A stretch of DNA of 63,704 nt, filler included, from Mycoplasmatota bacterium (GTDB lineage Bacteria > Bacillota_I > Bacilli_A > RF39 > UBA660): NCBI GenBank assembly GCA_012727915.1. It is 12 parts of 12 records of this genome, joined end to end, with 100 filler letters (N's around TTAATTAATTAA, not from the genome) between each part and the next. Parts side by side here need not be neighbours in the genome. Positions count along the whole stretch, not along the records: positions 51,238 to 54,765 come from JAAYGD010000029.1; positions 54,866 to 57,135 come from JAAYGD010000030.1; positions 57,236 to 63,704 come from JAAYGD010000031.1; 9 more parts are not named here. One strand, given 5' to 3'. The position numbers and the translations under genes are program-made. Position 1 is the first letter of the stretch, and each line of letters opens with the position of its first letter. Under the pieces are notes generated by a model, which saw nothing but the letters and a program-made list of their open reading frames with translations, did not search any database and was not told the DNA's origin. Positions 52,891 through 61,775 of the stretch are shown here, piece by piece.

Positions 52891-53977
52891 ATACGAAAAA
52901 GATCTATTAAAAAAATATTTTGAAGATTTACAGGTTGTAGGAATGATATCTGTTCTGTTTTCAGATAGTTCTACTCCTATGTTATATTATAGAGTTCCAG
53001 AAAACTTATACTGTAATGCTTTGGGTGCAGAAAATTTAGCTAGGTCTGATGTACCCGCTGATGCGAAAATCGGAGAAATTGGTGTAGGGATAAAAACTTT
53101 TTTGGAAGGAAATAAAAAAACTTATCAAAAAATTGAAGAATTTAATAATCAACATTCTTTATATGAAAAGTTGGAACCCCTCGAAAAAATAAAAAAAATA
53201 TCACAACTTAGAAATTTAAGATTAGAATTTACAATGAACACATATAAAATAAAAGAAATGATATTTCATTGTATAGTTCGTAATAAAAGCGGTTTTCATT
53301 TTTATGAAGAATCAATGGATTTCATTGATATTAATAAAATAAAAATACAAAAGGTTAATAGAAGTACTATTGATTTTACCGATGGAAAACACAATTATAA
53401 ATTTAATATTACTAAAAGCACATTATATAAGCAGTTTATAATAAAAAATTATTTTGCTAGTATTGATGTGCTAATAGCTAACAATCCACTGGCATTAATA
53501 CAAAGACCTGAAATTGAGTCGTTAATTACATTTAGCGAAAAGGAATCTATAATTTTGCCTCTTTATTCAATAAAAAATGATGAAAAAATAATTCCTGAAA
53601 AAAGCGGTCTTAATTTATGGAATGCAGGAGGAAGAAGTAGAGACCCGAACGAAGTCTATATTCCTTTTCCGTCAAAATTACGAAAAGAATTTAGTGATTT
53701 TTTTCCTAAAAGAGACCAATGTTTTGAAGTTAATTTACCTAGTGGTAGAGTTATATCAATGAAAGTATGTCAGGATGATGGCAAAGCTATTATGTCTAAT
53801 CCAAACAAAGATCTAGGAATATGGATTTTAAGGGAAGTTCTGAATTTAGAAGAAAACGAATTGTTGACTTACGAAATGCTTTTAGAGTTAGGTATTGATA
53901 GTGTTGAATTTGAAAAAATCGACGATAAATATAAACTTAATTTTAAAACAAGTGAACAAGAAGAGGATAGTGAGTAG
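52877..53977 (+). CDS. Restriction endonuclease with NgoFVII-family-like C-terminal domain
   Basis: ADAK...GIKTF putative PD-(D/E)xK centre; KSGLNLWNAGGR.RDPNEVYIP, CQDDGKAIMSNPNK.LG.W; overlaps the MTase. Confidence 0.82.
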   Translation: MQIIKYEKDLLKKYFEDLQVVGMISVLFSDSSTPMLYYRVPENLYCNALGAENLARSDVPADAKIGEIGVGIKTFLEGNKKTYQKIEEFNNQHSLYEKLEPLEKIKKISQLRNLRLEFTMNTYKIKEMIFHCIVRNKSGFHFYEESMDFIDINKIKIQKVNRSTIDFTDGKHNYKFNITKSTLYKQFIIKNYFASIDVLIANNPLALIQRPEIESLITFSEKESIILPLYSIKNDEKIIPEKSGLNLWNAGGRSRDPNEVYIPFPSKLRKEFSDFFPKRDQCFEVNLPSGRVISMKVCQDDGKAIMSNPNKDLGIWILREVLNLEENELLTYEMLLELGIDSVEFEKIDDKYKLNFKTSEQEEDSE

Positions 53978-53983
53978 TAATTT

Positions 53984-54125
53984 CACCCCTTAAATCCCCC
54001 TTAAAACTTCCGAAAACAGTCGAAATTGACAGTTTTAAGAAGAAGCATAAAGTCGTTTAGGCCTTATATTATAAGGGATTAGACTTTTATAGAATCTCAA
54101 TCTAGCCCTCCTGTTTTCCCGACCA
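53984..54125 (+). mobile_element. Distal att end of the tRNA-Pro island
   Basis: CACCCCTTAAA-TCCCCCTTAAA at 53984-54005, CCTTATATTATAAGG at 54062-54076, 17-bp copy of the tRNA-Pro 3' end at 54109-54125. Confidence 0.85.
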
Positions 54126-54227
54126 ATTGAAAACTCACTCCAAATTCTTGGAGTAAAACATAAAAAAAACCGTGGAAATAAAGGGAAAAACACGGTTTTT
54201 GTTTTGCTAAAAAGAAGGAATGAAAAA

Positions 54228-54521
54228 ATGGAATATTTAAGTAAAAAATTAGTTAGAAGCGAAGAGTTAGAAAGTAAGATCAGATTTATATGTAGTTATA
54301 GTAATTCCAAATATGAAATCATAGAGGGGCATATACTAGATATTTTAAAAACAAATATAAGTTTTATCGAACCTCATAGAATAGTAATTACAATTAAGAG
54401 CAAGAAGTTATTAGTAATCTATTATGATAAAGATAATATGTTTTTATATGATAGAAGAAATCCAATTAATATTAAAAAATTAGATGCCTTGTTGAAACAT
54501 ATTAAGAGCGAGGTATTATAA
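54228..54521 (+). CDS. Small hypothetical protein
   Basis: AAGGA RBS; stop overlaps the next start (TAATG). Confidence 0.7.
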   Translation: MEYLSKKLVRSEELESKIRFICSYSNSKYEIIEGHILDILKTNISFIEPHRIVITIKSKKLLVIYYDKDNMFLYDRRNPINIKKLDALLKHIKSEVL

Positions 54522-54765
54522 TGGCAAAGAAAAAATTAGGAATGGCGAGTATTGAAGTAAACAAAAAGTTTAAGGATGCCAATGAAGCATTTAAATATGC
54601 AAAGAGATTAAATTCATTTATTAGATATACTTGTAGAAATAATGGTAATAAAGGTTGGATGGCTCAATCTTTAATTGTTGTAAGCAATACAAAGAAAGAC
54701 ATAAACCGATTAAAGTATGATATTAGTGGCAAAAGGGGAAGACCAAGGAAAAAGGTTAGATATAA
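54521..54765 (+). CDS. Basic protein with AT-hook-like KRGRPRKK motif, 3'-truncated
   Basis: GAGGT RBS; GKRGRPRKK just before the contig end. Confidence 0.65.
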
Positions 54766-54865
54766 NNNNNNNNNNNNNNNNNNNNNNNNNNNNNNNNNNN
54801 NNNNNNNNNTTAATTAATTAANNNNNNNNNNNNNNNNNNNNNNNNNNNNNNNNNNNNNNNNNNNN

Positions 54866-56693
54866 AGAAAAATCTATATTAAATATTATTGACAAGTATT
54901 CTATTTCTAAAGAAGATTTCTATAATAATAAAGATAACTATTTTAATCAAATTGTTAACACTGCACCAAATTTAAATGTTGTTTTGTTCTTACTTACGAA
55001 TTTAACTCCAAAAAATCTTAGAAAATATCTACTTAATGAAATAAATAAAACTGATAATAGTAAGTTTATTTTGGTTGTTTTAAAATACTTGGAATATTTA
55101 GCAAAATCTGAAAATACCACATTAAAAGTATTATTAGAAGAAGAAAAATATGAAGATTTAATAAAAAACTCATTAATAAATTTTAAAAAATCGATACTTA
55201 ATCTTTATATTATAAGTAAAAAAGAAAACAACGAATTAAATGATTCAATAAATAAACTATTGTTTTTGGAAGACACTAGTGTTTTAGGAGTTGATAAAAT
55301 TACTTCTATAATGTTAGAAGACATATTATCTAAGATGGGTAAACAAGATAATGTCGGTTTAAATTTTGTTTTAGATATTAATAATGCCGATAAATTAAGA
55401 GTATATATAGAAAAATTTTTGAATAATATGGTCTATTTAAAAAGCGTTAGCAATTCAATGAATATCGAATCGAAAGAATCTTCCTCTAATGATATTTCCA
55501 ATCATATAAATAAAGAGAAGGAATCGGACTCAAAAAACGATTTGATTACTCAAAATATTTTAATGATGGATAATATTGATTCAATTTTAAACATATTAAT
55601 ATCATTTGACTCTAAAGATTTGCAATATTATTTAAAACAACTAGAATTTTATAAAGAAAACAATTCATTTATACTATATATTTATAAATTTTTAGAACAT
55701 CTAGCAAAATCAGAAAATACTTTGTTAATTAATTTAATAAGCGATGATAAATACCTAGAATTAATAAAAAACTCATTAACAGATTTTAAAAAATCAATAA
55801 ATAGTTTAAATATATTGATTCAAAAAGATAACGCAATTATTAATGAGGAAATAAATAAGCTCTTTTTTGTGGAAAACCCCAAAACTTATGGAGTTGATAA
55901 AATTACTATTGAAGTTATTAAAGAATTATTATCAAATTCTACAAATACAGGAAGTTCTGATTTAAATAACTTGTTAGATTATAAAAATGCTGAAGTACTA
56001 AAAAAATTATTAACAAAAGTTGTTGAAGGCATTACAACCAAAACAATGTTTGTAACTAAAAAAGCCAAAGTTACTGATTCATCAAATACTAGAGTTGATT
56101 CTATAAAACAGATATTAAATAGCTCAAGTAATCATGATGATATATTAACAAATAAAATAAAAAAATATATAGGTTTTATGATAAAGGATTCGGGAATTAG
56201 TTATGACGAGTATGTAAATAGTAACGAATTCAATAGTTTTATTAGCATAAATTTTGAAAATTCAAATTTAATTGCGCTTATATATAGTTTGTTGGAAAAA
56301 GAATTGGATTATTCTTTTAACATTGACTTGAAAATAAATGATCTGTTTATTACAAAAAATAATATAGACAGCGAAACTAATAACTCCATCAATATAATTA
56401 TCAACAAGATAATCAATGAAAATAATATCCTATTTGTTTTAGAATTATTAGTTAATTTAAAAAACGAAACATATAAAGATGTGTTAAAACAAGTTATAAT
56501 CAATAAAGAAAAAATTCAATTTGACAGAATATATAATTATATTGATGAGTATTTAAAGAGACCAAAACAAATCACAATGGAAGAATATATTGAAACAAAT
56601 CACAATGAAAGAGCTATAATGTTTTTCTTGTTAAAATTATTGATAATGTTGTTATTAGTAATATTATTATCAAAAAAAGAAGAGGTGTTATAG
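54866..56693 (+). CDS. Large helical-repeat hypothetical protein, 5'-truncated
   Basis: Frame open from contig start; two clear repeats LE.LAKSENT...KY..LIKNSL..FKKSI...INKL.F.E....GVDKIT about 200 aa apart. Confidence 0.8.
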
Positions 56694-57008
56694 ATGAATA
56701 GTAATTTAAAAGTTAATTTTACAGAAATAGAAAAAAGCATTCAAAATATTAACAATAGTTTAGTAGAAGTTAATACTTTAGTTAACGATTTGAACAAAGC
56801 AATTTTAAGTATAGACGAAGGTTGGAATGACAAGCTATATAAATCTTCAGAAAACTTTAAAACATCTTTAAAAGAAAAGGTTGTTGACAAAATAGTGGCA
56901 AATAATTTATTGCTCACATCTTTAATTGAAGAGGTTCAAGCTGCAATGATTATTTATATAGAAAACGAAACTAAATGGCAAAACTTAATAAACAATACAA
57001 ATTTATAG
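56694..57008 (+). CDS. WXG100-like protein with degenerate WND motif
   Basis: 104 aa, two amphipathic helices with central Trp (SIDEGWND), C-terminal YIENE (YxxxE); GAGGTG RBS. Confidence 0.7.
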   Translation: MNSNLKVNFTEIEKSIQNINNSLVEVNTLVNDLNKAILSIDEGWNDKLYKSSENFKTSLKEKVVDKIVANNLLLTSLIEEVQAAMIIYIENETKWQNLINNTNL

Positions 57009-57018
57009 GGAGGAAATT

Positions 57019-57135
57019 ATGCAATATAAAAATTATAATATAGATTTGTATTGTTCAGCATTAAATGAAGACATCGGAAAAATAAATGTATTATATAATA
57101 ATTTAGAATCCACCTATGGAGAAATAATAAACAAT
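57019..57135 (+). CDS. Start of a helical protein directly after the WXG100-like gene, truncated
   Basis: GGGAGG RBS, MQYKNYNIDLYCSALNEDIGKINVLYNNLESTYGEIINN. Confidence 0.6.
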
Positions 57136-57334
57136 NNNNNNNNNNNNNNNNNNNNNNNNNNNNNNNNNNNNNNNNNNNNTTAATTAATTAANNNNNNNNN
57201 NNNNNNNNNNNNNNNNNNNNNNNNNNNNNNNNNNNAACAAGATTAAAACCATAATAAAACATGTAAACACATGTTTTTTTTATTGAATAAAATAATGTAT
57301 AGTGTTACTATCAATATATATAATAGAGGATAGT

Positions 57335-60300
57335 ATGAATGTAGAAATTGATTTTTTTAATAAATTAATACAAGAATCAAGTAATATAGATAATTTACTA
57401 TCTGTTTCTTTAAATGATATAGATGATGTTATATATAGAGATTTAGATAGTAGAGTATCAAATGTATCTATTAATGAAGATCTTTATAGTATAAAATCAG
57501 ATATAAAAAAATTAAAAGATAATACAAGCGATATAAAAAGTAATAATCAATATTCATATAATATATGGATTGATAATATAAATGAAATACCTACTGAAAT
57601 AAATATGTTAACAGATAAAGATGGAGTACCGTGGATATTAAAAAACTTAAAAGTTTCTGAAAATGAAGAAGCTGGAATAAGCTATAATGCAATGGTTGAA
57701 AATACTCTAAAAGATTTACAAGATAGAATAAAAGAAATTGATAAAACATTAGATGAAGAATACTCTTTTGATAAGGAATATAAAATAGGAGATTTTACAA
57801 AATTATATGGGTTATTAGGAATATATAATTCTATGAGTGATCCGGCAAATATGTATTATATAAATCCATCAGAAGATGGTAGTGCAAATGTAATGGGTTT
57901 CCAAAATGTTGAAAATATATATGGTGTACTTACTAGTCTTCTAATTAACTTGGAAACTTTAAAGAATTTTGATAAGGATTCTGAATTTTATCAATCAGAA
58001 ATGATGAGATTAAAAAGTTTGACAGGAACAACAGATATAGATTCGCTAATTACAACAGTAAAAGGTTTTTTAACTGAAATATCACCAATATATGAAGCAC
58101 ATAATAAATTGAATGGAGAAAGAGCACAAATATTGTCAATATTATATGACAAAAAAATATATGATATGGTAAGTCCATTTGAAACGGTAGTAAATAACGA
58201 TGATTTTGAAAACTATTCAAAAGAAATAATATTTAAGGATAATTATATATGGTTATTAGATAAAGATTTAGAAGTATATAATAAATTACCAGACAATATA
58301 AAAGAAATGTATCCACTAGAAGAAGGAAACTATGTAAGTGCATTTTTATTTAATTTTATTAATTATGAAACAACAGAAGGAATACAAGTGAATCCATTCT
58401 TTTTAAAGGATGAATATATATCGACTAGATTTCAAGATTTAAAATATTTAAATGAAGAACAAAAGAAAATATTTTATTATCAATATAGAAAAAATGGAGT
58501 TGAAAGTGCAAATGATTATTTAGTTGCGCTAGAAGACTATATAAATAGGGCAAAGGGATATGAATCATACGAAAATTATAGAAATTATATGATTTCAGAT
58601 GCTGCGGGAGTGCAAAAGTTTTTCGTATCATTTGGAAAAGGTTTAGAAGATGGATTTGAAGGATCAATAGAAGGATTTATAAATGCATTTTATTCAGATG
58701 GAATAAAATCAGTTAATCAATATGAACAAATGTATATATTAAATTTTTTAGCAACAGAGTATACAGAAGAAGGATTAAAGGCACAAGAAGAACTATTAAA
58801 TCAAGGAAAAATAAGTGATGAAGAATACAATAATTATAAAGAAATTTATATAAAAGTAAACGAATCAAACGAAACACAAGGAATAAGAAAAATACTATAT
58901 AAAGGGTCATATCAAGTAGGAACTGGAATAGGATATATGGCACCAGCAATAGCATTAAATTTATCAGTACCAGGATTAGGAACAGGATATTTATTTTTAT
59001 CACAATTTGGAAGCAAAATAGAACAATCAAATCAAACATATGGAGAATTAACTATAAATGCATATGCAAATTCATTTTTATCAGCATTAGCATTAACAGC
59101 ATTAGAAAGGTTAGGAGGATTACCAGGGTTTGCAGATGAAAGTGCAGGAATATTAAAAAGATTGTTTAACGAAGGTTGGACAGAGTTTGTACAACAATAT
59201 GTAGATAGAGGATTTGAATCAGTACATTATAAAACAAAGTATGATATAGAAGATGTAACTTTAGAGGCATTAGAATCAGCAATATTTGGATTTATAACAG
59301 CGGGTGTATTAGATATAGGACCAAAAGCAATAACTGGAACAGCTATGGTATTAAATGTAATGGGTCAAGAAGTACAATTAAATTTTCAACAAATGTTAAA
59401 GTTATATGATGCATATAAAATACCCGATATAAATTTAAGAAAAGAAGCACTTATTAATTTGGCTAGTCCTTTGGGAATTGTAAATGATGGTGGTATATTT
59501 AATGATTTTTTAAAACACTTAAATAGACAAGAAATGGAAACATATAAATCAATTAATAATTTAATTTTAGATACAAATTTGGAAAATATTCGCTTATCTG
59601 ATCTTGAAACTGTTATGAAGAGATTTTCTGCTAAAGAACTTGCATTATTAATTAAATTGAATCCTAATAATGTAAATAGAATTATAAAATTAGGAAGTGT
59701 TGAATCTCTTGCAACATTGCTATTAGATGGAACTATTGATTATGAAAAAAATAAGTATCTTTATCAAAAAAGATTTAGAACAATGAACAATGTAGAGTTT
59801 TTAAAATTTTTAGAGCTAAGCATGAAGGGAGACTTTGGAGTTGATCAAGGAGTAATAAGACGCAAAAATATTTTCTTTTTTAAGAATTTAAGAAATAAAT
59901 CTAAAGTTATTAAATTAATAGATTTAAAAGGTTATGAAGATTATTTATTAAATGTCGAACAATTAAGTAGAGATAAAGCAACTTCAATTATAAAAAGTAT
60001 AGTAGCAGAAGAAGTTTTTTATAATCAAGAATTAGAGTATCTTATTGATTATTTAACATATAAAAAAATTGATTTAAAAAAATATGATAAAATAATAAAT
60101 AATTTTGAAAGAATAAAAAAAGTCGAATTTACTTTTGTAGAAGAAAAGTTAATTAATATGGGTTTTAATTCTATTGAAGCACACAAAATATTAAACTCAA
60201 TGGATACTGTAATGGGGCTATGTTCTTATGCGAATATTGCTAATGCAATAATTTTGCATTTTAAAAATGATATCGAAGGATTTAAGGCTAACTTTGGTTA

Positions 60301-61036
60301 TGATATGATAAAAACATATAATCAAAATACATATAAATTAAATAGTGTGGAATTAATGTTGGATATGTTTTTATTTTTCAATAGTGATATTTGTGGCCAA
60401 ACTTTATCAAGTGGTAATCCAATTTTTTCTTTAAAAGATTCTAAACCAAAAATTATTGATTTATTATCCGAAAAAAACATTAAGGGATTAAGCTTTTCTA
60501 GTGGTACTATTGATACAGATTTAATAAATGCTTTTTTTGGATACCATAATAGTTTATTGAAAATTAATTGTACTCCATTTTTTCCTTCTACCTCTTTAAA
60601 AAACCTACATAATACTTTTAATTTATTTGATTCTGTCACTATTGCTGATAGATTAAAAAAATTTCAGGAAGCAGGTTATTTGTTATCTTTAGGAATTATA
60701 AGACGTAAAGAGCTTCCGATAAATTTTAATAGAACTGAAGGATCAAAATTCTTATCGACGTCAGAATGGGAAGAGAATGATGCGCATGCTGTACATGTTA
60801 TAGGTATAGAGCCTGATAAATTAGATGTATCTTCTTGGGGGAAAGAGTTACTTGTTCTTTTATCTGAATTATCTTTTGAAGAAAGAAATGAATATATTGG
60901 TCCAAATGGTGATATAATAAAAACGGGACCATTTGGCAAGATTAACGGATTTACAATTCCAAGTGATTATAGATTGCATAGAATTGTTCCTAGAAATGCA
61001 AATATGAATTTGTTATGGATGGATGAAATATTATGA
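57335..61036 (+). CDS. Putative polymorphic toxin: helical N-terminus, Gly-rich hydrophobic region, C-terminal papain-like domain
   Basis: GAGGA RBS before ATG 57335; GLCSYANIANAI, HAVHVIG, DVSSWG; ATGA overlap with next gene. Confidence 0.7.
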   Translation: MNVEIDFFNKLIQESSNIDNLLSVSLNDIDDVIYRDLDSRVSNVSINEDLYSIKSDIKKLKDNTSDIKSNNQYSYNIWIDNINEIPTEINMLTDKDGVPWILKNLKVSENEEAGISYNAMVENTLKDLQDRIKEIDKTLDEEYSFDKEYKIGDFTKLYGLLGIYNSMSDPANMYYINPSEDGSANVMGFQNVENIYGVLTSLLINLETLKNFDKDSEFYQSEMMRLKSLTGTTDIDSLITTVKGFLTEISPIYEAHNKLNGERAQILSILYDKKIYDMVSPFETVVNNDDFENYSKEIIFKDNYIWLLDKDLEVYNKLPDNIKEMYPLEEGNYVSAFLFNFINYETTEGIQVNPFFLKDEYISTRFQDLKYLNEEQKKIFYYQYRKNGVESANDYLVALEDYINRAKGYESYENYRNYMISDAAGVQKFFVSFGKGLEDGFEGSIEGFINAFYSDGIKSVNQYEQMYILNFLATEYTEEGLKAQEELLNQGKISDEEYNNYKEIYIKVNESNETQGIRKILYKGSYQVGTGIGYMAPAIALNLSVPGLGTGYLFLSQFGSKIEQSNQTYGELTINAYANSFLSALALTALERLGGLPGFADESAGILKRLFNEGWTEFVQQYVDRGFESVHYKTKYDIEDVTLEALESAIFGFITAGVLDIGPKAITGTAMVLNVMGQEVQLNFQQMLKLYDAYKIPDINLRKEALINLASPLGIVNDGGIFNDFLKHLNRQEMETYKSINNLILDTNLENIRLSDLETVMKRFSAKELALLIKLNPNNVNRIIKLGSVESLATLLLDGTIDYEKNKYLYQKRFRTMNNVEFLKFLELSMKGDFGVDQGVIRRKNIFFFKNLRNKSKVIKLIDLKGYEDYLLNVEQLSRDKATSIIKSIVAEEVFYNQELEYLIDYLTYKKIDLKKYDKIINNFERIKKVEFTFVEEKLINMGFNSIEAHKILNSMDTVMGLCSYANIANAIILHFKNDIEGFKANFGYDMIKTYNQNTYKLNSVELMLDMFLFFNSDICGQTLSSGNPIFSLKDSKPKIIDLLSEKNIKGLSFSSGTIDTDLINAFFGYHNSLLKINCTPFFPSTSLKNLHNTFNLFDSVTIADRLKKFQEAGYLLSLGIIRRKELPINFNRTEGSKFLSTSEWEENDAHAVHVIGIEPDKLDVSSWGKELLVLLSELSFEERNEYIGPNGDIIKTGPFGKINGFTIPSDYRLHRIVPRNANMNLLWMDEIL

Positions 61037-61734
61037 AAAAAGAAATAATAATAAATGCAAATAATTTAAATACGAGATTACCTAATAGTTTTGGTGATTA
61101 TTTTAATAGTTTATCTTCTTCAGGTAAAGAAGATTATATTATTATGTATAAGGCTTGTACAAACTTGTTAATTAAATATTTAAAATATAGCTTTAATCTT
61201 GATGAATATGAAAAAAGTATGATGGATAATAAAATTAAACCTATTGAAGAAACAGAAATGGATATATATCAATATTTATCCAGCAATGAATTAAAATATT
61301 TTTATATCCGAAATAATTTAAATATTGAATTATTAGATAATAATGATAAAGAATTATTGCTTAGTATAAAAGATGGTTCAATATCAAATGAAAAAAATAG
61401 TGTTTTTATTGAGAATAATTATGAAAGATTAATAAAAAATCAAATAAATGATGAGAGTCATACTATTTTGGGCCCTAATTCTTCAAATTATATTGTTCCT
61501 GTAAACACATTAGTACTTGGATTTAGATATGATGAATATATCAAAAGACCAAATCAAACAGATGAAGAATGGTCCAAAGAGAGAGAAAAAATAGAAGGAA
61601 ATAATGAGTTATTATTTTATTACATGAAAAAAACTTTTGAAAATACTATTCATAAACCTATCGAAATAATTAAATATGACGAATTTAGTGTTAATAAAAA
61701 AGATGAAATAGAAGATAAAGTTAATTCAAAGTAA
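61033..61734 (+). CDS. Putative immunity protein
   Basis: Soluble acidic 233 aa, 4-bp overlap with the toxin-like gene; KYFYIRNN and LVLGFRYD motifs. Confidence 0.55.
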   Translation: MKKEIIINANNLNTRLPNSFGDYFNSLSSSGKEDYIIMYKACTNLLIKYLKYSFNLDEYEKSMMDNKIKPIEETEMDIYQYLSSNELKYFYIRNNLNIELLDNNDKELLLSIKDGSISNEKNSVFIENNYERLIKNQINDESHTILGPNSSNYIVPVNTLVLGFRYDEYIKRPNQTDEEWSKEREKIEGNNELLFYYMKKTFENTIHKPIEIIKYDEFSVNKKDEIEDKVNSK

Positions 61735-61775
61735 TTGATATATGCTTTATCTTTTTTAATGTATAATACAAATAG

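Noticed and set aside
48171..54109. Treating everything between the two att cores as one ~6-kb island
   Set aside because: Two spacers intervene; the contig 48367-51137 need not belong to the island and true size is unknown
56694..61734. Apparent continuous WXG100-toxin-immunity operon
   Set aside because: An artificial spacer lies at 57136-57235, and the next contig starts with a terminator-like hairpin; physical linkage is unproven
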